From: Collinsella sp.
Lineage (GTDB): Bacteria; Actinomycetota; Coriobacteriia; Coriobacteriales; Coriobacteriaceae
NCBI GenBank assembly: GCA_048521445.1
Contig: DBFZQW010000171.1
Coordinates: 21,776 to 85,775 of the forward strand
Direction: 5' to 3'
DNA: 64,000 nucleotides
In this document: positions 55,603 through 64,000 of the stretch, in pieces
How positions within the stretch are numbered: position 1 is the stretch's first letter
Layout: each line of letters begins with the position of its first letter
The notes under the pieces: model-generated
What the model saw: the letters and a program-made list of their open reading frames with translations, nothing else
Database searches by the model: none
Told to the model about the DNA's origin: nothing
Position numbers and translations under genes: made by a program

Positions 55603-56244
55603 ATGGATTCCAAGGAGATGGCGCCCGGCGACATCGAGCGGCGCAGCTTCGAGATCATCACCGAAGAGCTCGGCGGCCGCACGTTCCCGCCGCTCGAAGA
55701 GCCCGTCGTGAAGCGCGTCATCCACACCACTGCCGACTTCTCGTACGCCGATTCCCTCGTGTTCACCAATGACGCCGCGCACTGTGCGCTCGACGCACTG
55801 CGCACAGGGGCCACGGTGCTCACCGACACGAACATGGCGCTCGCAGGCATAAGCAAGCCCGCGCTCGCGAAGCTCGGCTGCAAGGCCGTGTGCTACATGG
55901 CCGACCCTGATGTCGCCGCGGCTGCGCGCGCCGCGGGCACGACTCGCGCCGTTGCGAGCATGGACAAAGCTTGCGGCATCGAGGGTCCGCTCATCGTGGC
56001 CGTCGGCAACGCTCCCACAGCACTTCTGCGCCTCGCCGAGCTCATGGACGCGGGGAAGATCGCGCCCGCGCTCGTCGTTGGGGTGCCGGTCGGGTTTGTG
56101 AACGTGGTCGAGGCGAAAGAGGAGCTACTCGCGCGACGCGTGCCGGCCATCGTCGCGAGGGGTCGCAAGGGCGGTTCGACCGTGGCGGCCGCCATTATGA
56201 ACGCGCTGCTCTACCAGATCACGCGCCCAGGCGGCCCGAAGTGA
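55603..56244 (+). CDS. cbiC: Precorrin-8X methylmutase
   Basis: IERRSFEII, RVIHTTADF, GNAPTAL, GVPVGFV, GRKGGS. Confidence 0.95.
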   Translation: MDSKEMAPGDIERRSFEIITEELGGRTFPPLEEPVVKRVIHTTADFSYADSLVFTNDAAHCALDALRTGATVLTDTNMALAGISKPALAKLGCKAVCYMADPDVAAAARAAGTTRAVASMDKACGIEGPLIVAVGNAPTALLRLAELMDAGKIAPALVVGVPVGFVNVVEAKEELLARRVPAIVARGRKGGSTVAAAIMNALLYQITRPGGPK

Positions 56245-57014
56245 TGGCGCCCGCATCCGCGCCGGCGCTGCGCATCTTCGCCGGTACCACCGAGGGCCGC
56301 CTTCTGTGCGAATGGGCGAGCGGGGTGGGCATCCCCGCCCGTGCCTACGCGGCAACCGAGTACGGAGGCGAGCTTTTGGGCGAGCTTCCGGGCATCGAGG
56401 TGCATGCGGGCAGGCTCGACGAAGCCGACATGGAGCGCGAGCTTTCCGGTGCGCGCATCGTCGTCGACGCCACGCATCCCTTCGCTACGCTCGCAAGCGG
56501 CAACATCCGGGCCGCTTCGCTCGCCGTGGGTGCACGATGCCTGCGCCTTGCGCGCCCGGTCGAGGCGCTGCCCAAAGGCGTCGTGTCGGTCGCGTCGATC
56601 GCCTGCGCGGCGCGCTTTCTCTCCGAGAACCCGGGTCGCGCGCTTCTCACGACGGGGAGCAAGGAGCTTGCTCCCTACACGTGCGTCACCGATTTCGCGG
56701 AGCGCTTCTTCGTGCGTGTGCTCCCGCTGCCCGGTGCTATAACGAAGTGCATCGACGCGGGGTTTTCGCCGTCGCACGTCATCGGCATGCAGGGGCCCTT
56801 CAACCGCGAGCTCAACGAGGCGATGCTTCGGCAGGTGGGCGCCCAGTGGCTTGTGACTAAGGACTCGGGAACCGTAGGCGGCACGGCTGAGAAGCTCGCC
56901 GCAGTGCGCGCCGTGGGAGCGCGCTGCATCGTGGTCACCCGTCCCGCCGAGGGAGGCGGGGCCCTTTCGCTTCGGGAAGTGGAAGACGCGCTCTTACGGG
57001 AGTTCGCGCGCTAG
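56244..57014 (+). CDS. cbiJ: Cobalt-precorrin-6A reductase
   Basis: FAGTTEGR, VDATHPFA, LTTGSKEL, MQGPF, VTKDSG. Confidence 0.93.
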   Translation: MAPASAPALRIFAGTTEGRLLCEWASGVGIPARAYAATEYGGELLGELPGIEVHAGRLDEADMERELSGARIVVDATHPFATLASGNIRAASLAVGARCLRLARPVEALPKGVVSVASIACAARFLSENPGRALLTTGSKELAPYTCVTDFAERFFVRVLPLPGAITKCIDAGFSPSHVIGMQGPFNRELNEAMLRQVGAQWLVTKDSGTVGGTAEKLAAVRAVGARCIVVTRPAEGGGALSLREVEDALLREFAR

Positions 57015-57043
57015 GCGCTCGCCGCGCCTAGGGCCCTTCAATC

Positions 57044-57110
57044 AGTTGCGGTGAAATAGTGTCTGTTTTTGCTGCTAGATAGCATATTCGGTTCCTAATT
57101 CACCGCAACT
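57044..57110. repeat. 16-bp inverted repeat (15/16 match), REP/MITE-like or bidirectional terminator
   Basis: AGTTGCGGTGAAATAG at 57044-57059 versus CTAATTCACCGCAACT at 57095-57110, between convergent operons. Confidence 0.65.
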
Positions 57111-57123
57111 TTTTGGTGGTGAC

Positions 57124-58338
57124 TTACTGGTAGCGTAGGCACTCCACCGGGTTGAGCTTTGCTGCGCGGCGAGCGGGATAGAAGCCAAAGATTACGCCGA
57201 TGCCGACGGAGACGGCGAAGGCCAGCAGCACCGTGGCGATTGAAAAGCTCGGTGTGATTTGCCCGCTGGCTCCGAGCTCGCCAAGAATCCCGGATCCGGA
57301 GGCAAACATCGCGAGGCCCCAGGCCAGCAGATAGCCAATCAGGACACCCAACAGTCCGCCGGTCACGCACAGCGCCGAGGACTCGGCCAAATACTGCGCG
57401 GTGATATCGCGACGACTGGCGCCCAGAGCGCGGCGGATGCCGATCTCGCGAATGCGCTCCGTTACGTTGGTAAGCATCATATTCATAATGCCGATACCGC
57501 CGACAAGCAGCGAGATGCTGGCGACAGCACCCATGATGAGCGAGAACGCGCCCATAAAGGAGTTGAGTGCATCGATGGCGCTTTTCATGGAGGTCGCCGA
57601 TACACTGTCGTACTCATCATCCTCCGCGATGCCCTTCATCGCGCGCACCTTGGACTCGATGGTCTTGCAGAGCTCATCCATGTCCGTGCCCTCGGCGGCA
57701 AGTGCCGTCACGCTGGGGAATGAAGGGTTCTCGTCGCCAAACAGCCCGGAGATGGTTTCGCGTGGCATATACAGCGTGAGCGAGCCCATGGAGTCGCTGC
57801 CGCCATCAATCACGCCTACAATCTGCACCTCGCCGTTGGACACCTTGATGGTTTTCCCCAGCGCATCCTGTTCGTTGCCGTAAAGCTGATCGGCGCCGCC
57901 GCGGCTGATGAGCGCCACGCGCGAGCCTGATTGGGACTCGGCCTGGGAATAGGTTCGCCCCGCAACGAGCTTGCTGGCCCCCACGGCGTCGAGCATGTCG
58001 CTATCGACACCCTGTGCCATGACGGTATAGCTTTTATCGCCGGTCTTGTACTCGGTATACGCGCTGTCGACAATGCCGATCTGCTCTATCTGCGGCACCA
58101 GTTTTTGAAGCTTCTCGATGTCCGACTCGGTGAGTTCTTGCGACGAATAGATTTGCACCATGCGTGCCGCATTGAGGCCCAGGCTGTTGACCAAACTGTT
58201 TTGGATGCCGCCGATGAGCGAAGTCATGGCGATAACCGAGGCGATGCCAATGACGATGCCCAGGATGGTGAGCAGGCTGCGGCCCTTGTTGGCCTCGAGC
58301 GAGTGAAGTGCTTCCTGGATGAGATCGCGGGCGCTCAT
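57124..58338 (-). CDS. MacB/FtsX-family ABC permease
   Basis: RSLLTILGIVIGI, GGIGIMNMMLTNVTERIREIGIRRALGA, YPARRAAKLNP. Confidence 0.93.
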   Translation of the reverse strand: MSARDLIQEALHSLEANKGRSLLTILGIVIGIASVIAMTSLIGGIQNSLVNSLGLNAARMVQIYSSQELTESDIEKLQKLVPQIEQIGIVDSAYTEYKTGDKSYTVMAQGVDSDMLDAVGASKLVAGRTYSQAESQSGSRVALISRGGADQLYGNEQDALGKTIKVSNGEVQIVGVIDGGSDSMGSLTLYMPRETISGLFGDENPSFPSVTALAAEGTDMDELCKTIESKVRAMKGIAEDDEYDSVSATSMKSAIDALNSFMGAFSLIMGAVASISLLVGGIGIMNMMLTNVTERIREIGIRRALGASRRDITAQYLAESSALCVTGGLLGVLIGYLLAWGLAMFASGSGILGELGASGQITPSFSIATVLLAFAVSVGIGVIFGFYPARRAAKLNPVECLRYQ

Positions 58339-59108
58339 GCCACCACTCCTTTCGGCGGGTTGGCGGAGGCGGAAATCATGGGCAGGATATCTACGGCGCT
58401 GCGTAGGGTCTTCGGTGCATGTGGAATATACGCGCCGTCATGGATGCGGCCGTCGCGGATGGTCACGGCGCGGTCGGCTTCGGCGGCGATGCCGGGGTCG
58501 TGTGTGATGAGCACGATGGTCTTGCCGCGCTCCTGAAGCTTGTGGAATGTTTCCATGACGAGCACTCCGGTTGCGGAGTCCAGGTTTCCCGTCGGCTCGT
58601 CGGCCAGAATGATGGGCGGGTCATTGACGAGGGCTCGCGCGATTGCGACGCGCTGCATCTGTCCGCCCGAGAGCTCTGATATGCGGTGGTCCCAGTGGTC
58701 GACCGGCAGCGTGACGGCCTGCAGCGCGTGCACGGCGCGCATTTCGCGCTGGCTACGGGGCACATTGGTGTAGGCCAGCGGCAGCATGACGTTTTCGATA
58801 ACCGACAGGCGCGGCAGCAGGTTGAAGCTCTGAAAGACAAAGCCAATGCTCAGGCCGCGGACTTCGGTGAGCTCGTCATCGTCAAGCTCGGCCACGTTGA
58901 GCCCTTGCAGGTAGTAGTCGCCCGCCGTCGGCTTATCCAGACAGCCTAGGATGTTCATGAGCGTCGACTTGCCCGAGCCCGAGGGGCCGGTGATAGCGAC
59001 GAATTCGCCGGGATTTACCGCCAGGCTCACGTTGTGCAGGATGTGGGCGCACCCCGCCACGCTCTCAAAGATGCGGTGCACGTTGCGGATGTCGATAACG
59101 GGACGCAT
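58335..59108 (-). CDS. LolD/MacB-type ABC ATPase
   Basis: [26 protein letters not shown]. Confidence 0.95.
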   Translation of the reverse strand: MRPVIDIRNVHRIFESVAGCAHILHNVSLAVNPGEFVAITGPSGSGKSTLMNILGCLDKPTAGDYYLQGLNVAELDDDELTEVRGLSIGFVFQSFNLLPRLSVIENVMLPLAYTNVPRSQREMRAVHALQAVTLPVDHWDHRISELSGGQMQRVAIARALVNDPPIILADEPTGNLDSATGVLVMETFHKLQERGKTIVLITHDPGIAAEADRAVTIRDGRIHDGAYIPHAPKTLRSAVDILPMISASANPPKGVVA

Positions 59109-60544
59109 TACATGCCCTCGTCGGCAGACATACTGCCCGAATCCGCACCGTAGCCGCCGTCAGCCGTTGCGTCCGCTCCGGTGTCCATGACGAGGGTGTC
59201 GCCATCGCGCAGCTTGGTAACCGGAACGTTGGGGTTGATCTCGTTGCCCTGGTCGTCGCGCTTAACCTGTGTCTTGCCGACTACGGCTTCGTTGTCGTTT
59301 TGCGTCACGACGGTCACCTTCACGCGATGGGTTTGCTTGCCCTCGTCATCGGTTGCGACGTTGACGTAATAGTGTTCGCCGTCTTCGGTCATGAGCGCCA
59401 TCGTCGGCACCATCACCACGTCGTCGAGCTGCTCGGTCACCACCGAGACCTCGGCCGTCATGCCCGGCTTCAGGCGCGCGTCGGGCGCCTCGATGAGAAT
59501 GTCTACGTTAAAGGTCACGCTGCCGCCGCCACCGTTGGCGGCGTCGGAGTTTGCCACCGACGCGATAGCCGTGACGGTGCCCTGGCTCACGATATCGGGA
59601 AACGCGGGATACGTGACGTTGGCGCTCTGCCCAACGGCGATCTTGGCGATGTCCTTTTCGCCCACCTGCACGGTCACCTTCATCTTAGATAGGTCGGCGA
59701 TCTGCATGCACTGCTTGCCGCCGCTCGTATCGCTTTCGCCCATGATCATGCCGCCTGTAACCGTGGCGCCCACTTTGGCATTGAGCTCCACGATGTTACC
59801 CGAGCTCGGGGCCGTGACCGTGCGACTGGAGGCCTTGGCGTTCGCCTGGTCGAGGTTTGCCTGGGCTGATGCGAGGCTGCGCTGCGCGGCCGATACGGCG
59901 TTCGTGTCCACTGATGCGGCGGAGACGCCAGCCGCTGCGGAAGCTCCCTCGACGTCCGTCGTTGGGGTGGCCTGCGCAGCAGCTGCGGCTTTCTGCGCGT
60001 TGGCGAGGTCTTCTTGAGCGGCAGCAACTGCACGCTGCGCCTCGGCAACGTTGCGATCGAGCTCGTCGTTTTTAATGGTCATAAGCACGTCGCCCTCGCT
60101 GACGGATTGGCCTGCCTGCACGTTGATCGAATCGACCGTGCCGTCGACAGAAGGGGAGACCACTGAGGATGAAATGGGTTTGAGCTGGCCTTTCGCCTCG
60201 ACCGTTGTGTTAAACGTGCCCTCGGTCACCATGTCGGTCACAGCCCCGCTAGCGCCCTGTGGCTGCGCATTGATAACCAAGGTTGCGACAATGGCAATGA
60301 GTGCGATGGCACCTACGACGCCGGCGGCAATACCGCGTCGAATCAGCTTTTTGTGTCGACGTTCGGCGCGTTTTGCCTTGAGCTTGGCATATGCCTCTTC
60401 ATCGGAAATCTCGGCCGTATCGTTCGTGCGTTCGCTCTGCTTGTCGGCATGTACGTTTGTAATCAGAGGAATCGTTTCGGTGGCACCTTCGGGCGTGCAC
60501 TCGGTATCATCTGGGCCCGGGGTGATCGTGGGGACATTCGGCAT
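59108..60544 (-). CDS. MacA/HlyD-like membrane fusion (adaptor) protein
   Basis: N-terminal TM, lipoyl half-motifs flanking a coiled coil, LKPGMTAEV. Confidence 0.88.
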   Translation of the reverse strand: MPNVPTITPGPDDTECTPEGATETIPLITNVHADKQSERTNDTAEISDEEAYAKLKAKRAERRHKKLIRRGIAAGVVGAIALIAIVATLVINAQPQGASGAVTDMVTEGTFNTTVEAKGQLKPISSSVVSPSVDGTVDSINVQAGQSVSEGDVLMTIKNDELDRNVAEAQRAVAAAQEDLANAQKAAAAAQATPTTDVEGASAAAGVSAASVDTNAVSAAQRSLASAQANLDQANAKASSRTVTAPSSGNIVELNAKVGATVTGGMIMGESDTSGGKQCMQIADLSKMKVTVQVGEKDIAKIAVGQSANVTYPAFPDIVSQGTVTAIASVANSDAANGGGGSVTFNVDILIEAPDARLKPGMTAEVSVVTEQLDDVVMVPTMALMTEDGEHYYVNVATDDEGKQTHRVKVTVVTQNDNEAVVGKTQVKRDDQGNEINPNVPVTKLRDGDTLVMDTGADATADGGYGADSGSMSADEGM

Positions 60545-60675
60545 AGCGTCTCCTTTATAGAAAAACCTCGATAATTATAAGCGCCCACCGGTTGGGGCGG
60601 GCGCATAGGACGGTTTCTTTCGGAACTGTTAGATTGGTCGCAGCAGTTCCACGTTGTAGGAATGCGCGCGTTGCA

Positions 60676-62418
60676 CTACGAGTGGACAACCACGCACAGG
60701 CCGACTTTGATGCAGTCGTGAAGTGCCTTGGCGTCGGCCAGGCGCAGGTTGATGCAGCCGTGGCTGCCGCACCACTTGTACGACTCGGCGTTATCGAAGC
60801 TCTTGTCGTTTTGCCAGGTGGCATCGTGGAAGCCGATCATGTTGCCCTCAAACGGCATCCAGTAGCTCACCGGGCTCTCGTATTTGGGCTTACCGGTTTC
60901 GGGGTCCTTGGCTCCAATCAGGGTGCTGCCGCCGTCGTTGCTGTTGATCTGCCACACGCCCTCGGGGGTTGCGTCTTCGCCCGGTTTGCCGGAAATAAAG
61001 TTGGCCTCCCAAACGATATTACCGTTCTCGTCATAGTAGCGCGCGTGCTGCTCGGACAGGTCGACGTCGATATACGCCTTCCAGTCGGGCTCTCCCTTTG
61101 CGGTAAAGGTGTCGGCCTTCTGGGAGTACTTGATCTCGATTTCGCCGGTCTGTTTGTTGTTAATGGCGTCCTCGACCTGCTTGGCGAGCGAGCTGCTGTC
61201 GATGGACCAACCAAAGTCACCGCCTTCGACGGCGCACTGCTTGCCATCGGCGCGCGTCCACCAGCGAGTGGAGCCCACGGTATTAAAGCCGTTGGCGAGC
61301 TCGGCTGCCCAGCTGCTGATCTGCGTCGTATCGAGTGTGGGGTTGGCGGGATCGGCAAAGCTGATCCACTGCAATACGGAGCTGCCATCAACCTTGCCGG
61401 CATCCTCGCCGTTGAGCTTGAGGGTCACGTTGACGCCTAGGAAGTTGTTGGCGGCATCGCATGCGGCCTGAATCTGATCATCGGTCAGCGTTCCATTGAG
61501 CGGCTCATAGGCATCGTTGCCGAGCTTGGAAAGATCTACGGTCTCGGCCAGCGAGGCAAGTTCGAGCTCGGCATACTTAATGACGTGCTCACGGTTGAGT
61601 TTTTCGTTGGAGCGCGCCTTCTCGACGGTAAACTTGCCCGCTTGCTCGTCATAGGAGCTATTGGCCTCGAACGTGCCCGAACGCCCCTCGTTAAACTCGT
61701 CGATAGCGGCGCCCAGGTCCTCCTCAAACTTCTTTTGGTCAAAGGTGCCGGAGAGCATGGACAGGTCGACGTCTTGATCAAGATCGACTTCGTTGGAGGT
61801 AGCGGTTGTTTTGGTCTTGCCGCTTAAGGATTCCACAAGGCGGACCGGCCATATAAAGGCCTCGTTGTGGCCGATAATCTCTTTTGCGGCAGCTTCGCCG
61901 TCGACGATGGGCTCATCGGAGTCGGGCTGATAGGTCCAGCTAAAGTCATCGCCTGTCACGGTGAGCTTATAGTGCTTCCATGCCGAGTTGACCTTGGTTG
62001 CGGCAGACGAAGCGTTGGAGAACGAGACGTCGACGCCGGCGATGGTGGTGTTGGGGTAGGCTACCTGCGAAAACGCTACGACGCCCACGATATAGACAAT
62101 GACGATAAGACCCAAGACGACAAAGAGCGTCGTCTTTTTGCCCGACTTTTTGTTGTCGTTGGGCTTGCGCGCGGGGCCACGATCGCCTCGAGCGTGCGTG
62201 GGGGGCTGCTTGGGCGCATTGCCGTTTGCCTGGCGCTGCTGACGTTGTTGACGCTGCTGTCGCTGTTGGTTCGGGCGTTGGGAAGCGTTTGCTGCACTAC
62301 GCTGCTGACCGTGGTTCGGCGCGATAGGACGCGGCGACTGAACGCCGCCGGTGTGCCTGCTCGGCTGCTGCGGATCGGGAATCAGTTGAGTTCGATCGTT
62401 TTGCGACATCGTATGCAT
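60676..62418 (-). CDS. L,D-transpeptidase (YkuD family) with peptidoglycan-binding domains
   Basis: YIDVDLSEQH, TPEG, YWMPF, GFHDA, GSHGCINL; N-terminal TM. Confidence 0.92.
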   Translation of the reverse strand: MHTMSQNDRTQLIPDPQQPSRHTGGVQSPRPIAPNHGQQRSAANASQRPNQQRQQRQQRQQRQANGNAPKQPPTHARGDRGPARKPNDNKKSGKKTTLFVVLGLIVIVYIVGVVAFSQVAYPNTTIAGVDVSFSNASSAATKVNSAWKHYKLTVTGDDFSWTYQPDSDEPIVDGEAAAKEIIGHNEAFIWPVRLVESLSGKTKTTATSNEVDLDQDVDLSMLSGTFDQKKFEEDLGAAIDEFNEGRSGTFEANSSYDEQAGKFTVEKARSNEKLNREHVIKYAELELASLAETVDLSKLGNDAYEPLNGTLTDDQIQAACDAANNFLGVNVTLKLNGEDAGKVDGSSVLQWISFADPANPTLDTTQISSWAAELANGFNTVGSTRWWTRADGKQCAVEGGDFGWSIDSSSLAKQVEDAINNKQTGEIEIKYSQKADTFTAKGEPDWKAYIDVDLSEQHARYYDENGNIVWEANFISGKPGEDATPEGVWQINSNDGGSTLIGAKDPETGKPKYESPVSYWMPFEGNMIGFHDATWQNDKSFDNAESYKWCGSHGCINLRLADAKALHDCIKVGLCVVVHS

Positions 62419-62518
62419 ATCCTTCGATTTTCGCCTTGCGGGTCATCGTGTTTTTACTGGGCTTGCATTATAGCGATTGCCCTGCTGTTTGTGGTACGGA
62501 AACGGTGGCATTCAAAAG

Positions 62519-62540
62519 AGGTGGGACATTTGTCCCACCT
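62519..62540. terminator. Palindrome AGGTGGGACA-TT-TGTCCCACCT (terminator or REP-like)
   Basis: Perfect 10-bp arms just downstream of the serine dehydratase stop. Confidence 0.55.
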
Positions 62541-62558
62541 TTGAGTCATTCTTAGCCG

Positions 62559-64000
62559 CTATCCGCACACACCGCATTTTGCACAGGCCGAAAGTGCGGC
62601 CGGAGCCTGCGCGATGCCGCCCTTTGCCGTCTCGCGCAGCGTGGCCGGCAACGCGTGACCCACCGAGAGCATGACATGTGCCATCTGGTCAAACGGCACC
62701 AGGCTCTTAATGCCTGCGAGGGCGAGTTGTGCCGAGCTAAAGGCCGCTGCCACGCCGATGGCGTTGCGGTTTTGGCAGGGCACCTCCACGAGGCCACCGA
62801 CGGGGTCACAAACGAGGCCCAGCAGGTTACTCAGCGAGATGGAGCTGGCGTCGAGCGCCTGCTCGGGCGTGCCGCCGAGCATCTGCACCAGCGCGGCGGC
62901 TGCCATGGCGGCGGCGCTTCCCACCTCGGCCTGGCATCCGCCCTCGGCGCCGGCGACGCAGGCACTCGTGGTGAGGTTGAGGCCGATGGCGGCTGCGCAG
63001 TAGAGCGCGTCCATGACCTGCTCGTCGTCGAGCCGAAGGTGATCGGCAAGCGCCAGCACGCAGCCGGGCACAACACCCGCGGAGCCTGCCGTGGGGGCGG
63101 CGACGATCACGCCCATGGTAGCTGAGCGCTCGAGCACGGCCATGGCGCGGGCAACGGCGTCGGTCTGGACGGTGCCCATCAGGCTTGCACTCAAATCGTT
63201 GCAGCGGGTTGCTTCGACGAGCTTGGCCTCGCCACCGATAAGCCCGCCGAGCGAGCGCTGCGGATTGGCGATGGGGGCCGTTGTCTCCTCGCGCATGACG
63301 TCGAGCACGCGGCGCATGGCGGCGACGGCGTGGGCCTCGCCGGTCAGACGTGCCTCGCGAACGGCCATGACGGCACCGATGCTGAGTCCCAGTTCCTCGC
63401 ACGCATCGAGCAGCTGCTCGCCGTCGTCGAAGATCTCCTTAGCCGAGACGCCGGGGGAGAGCGACGAGGCAGAACCGGGGAGCTCGATAAAGGTCGCGTA
63501 ATCGACATTGTCGAGCTTGCGGAGCATGGGGACGACGGTGTCGTCGGGCGCGTCGTCGGTCTCAAAGACGGAGTAGGCCTGGCCGCCCACTTCGGTGCGG
63601 TAGGTGCGGCAGAAGGCGATGTTTACATGGGCGTAGGCGAGCAGGTTGGTGAGCGCGGCGAGTACACCGGGGACGTCCTTGTGCGCCACGAAGAGCGTGG
63701 AATACATGCCCGAGATGTCGACGCCGACGCCGTTAATGCGGCTGATGCGCATCTTGCCGCCGCCCAGGCTCTCGCCGCGGACCTGTGCCGTGGCGCCCGT
63801 GTCGTCGACCATGTCGATGTCGACGGTGTTGGGGTGGATGGAGGCGTCGTCGCCCTTGATGTCAAAGTGATATTCGAGGCCCTGCTCGCGCGCGAGGTCG
63901 AAGGCCTGCTTGATGTTCTCGTCATCGGTGTCGAGGCCCAGGATGCCCGCGACGAGCGCACGATCGGTGCCATGGCCGCGGTAGGTGTGGGCGAAGGAGT
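62559..64000 (-). CDS. sdaA: Fe-S L-serine dehydratase, fused beta(ACT)-alpha subunits; 5' end outside window
   Basis: SFAHTYRGHGTDRALVAG and HPNTV (beta); APTAGSAG, GAEGGCQAEVG, LGLVCDPVGGLVEVPC (alpha), all in one frame. Confidence 0.9.
   Translation of the reverse strand, partial: SFAHTYRGHGTDRALVAGILGLDTDDENIKQAFDLAREQGLEYHFDIKGDDASIHPNTVDIDMVDDTGATAQVRGESLGGGKMRISRINGVGVDISGMYSTLFVAHKDVPGVLAALTNLLAYAHVNIAFCRTYRTEVGGQAYSVFETDDAPDDTVVPMLRKLDNVDYATFIELPGSASSLSPGVSAKEIFDDGEQLLDACEELGLSIGAVMAVREARLTGEAHAVAAMRRVLDVMREETTAPIANPQRSLGGLIGGEAKLVEATRCNDLSASLMGTVQTDAVARAMAVLERSATMGVIVAAPTAGSAGVVPGCVLALADHLRLDDEQVMDALYCAAAIGLNLTTSACVAGAEGGCQAEVGSAAAMAAAALVQMLGGTPEQALDASSISLSNLLGLVCDPVGGLVEVPCQNRNAIGVAAAFSSAQLALAGIKSLVPFDQMAHVMLSVGHALPATLRETAKGGIAQAPAALSACAKCGVCG

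Noticed and set aside
1..64000. tRNA, rRNA, IS elements, integrase
   Set aside because: No cloverleaf, rRNA-like sequence, transposase or tyrosine-integrase motifs were recognised in the window.

Overview
The window has two parts. Bases 1 to about 32.5 kb are the right-hand portion of an integrated long-tailed (siphovirus-like) prophage. It runs through early and replication genes, a terminase module split by a counter-oriented accessory island plus a serine resolvase, then head, tail and lysis genes. Integrase and repressor are not in the window. The rest is host chromosome, which I infer to be a Coriobacteriia/Collinsella-like high-GC gut actinobacterium. It holds a YbhN-like membrane protein, a TetR regulator, a ~22 kb anaerobic cobalamin cluster, a MacAB-like ABC exporter, an L,D-transpeptidase and a partial L-serine dehydratase. 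The cobalamin cluster has a B12 riboswitch, a Tat-exported CbiK and an ABC importer. The standout is a complete diversity-generating retroelement (DGR) in the phage tail module: target gene 26891-27799, Avd, template repeat (TR) and reverse transcriptase (RT). Over 119 bp, TR (28317-28435) and the variable repeat VR (27658-27776) differ at 18 positions, all of them TR adenines. Other signals are a two-domain sliding-clamp-like phage protein, four 18-bp repeats after terS and a fixed-spacing late-promoter motif seen three times. There is also an anti-Shine-Dalgarno loop hairpin before the portal gene, a signal-peptide endolysin and a Lar-like gene interrupted by TAG. All family calls come from recognising motifs by eye; no database searches were run.
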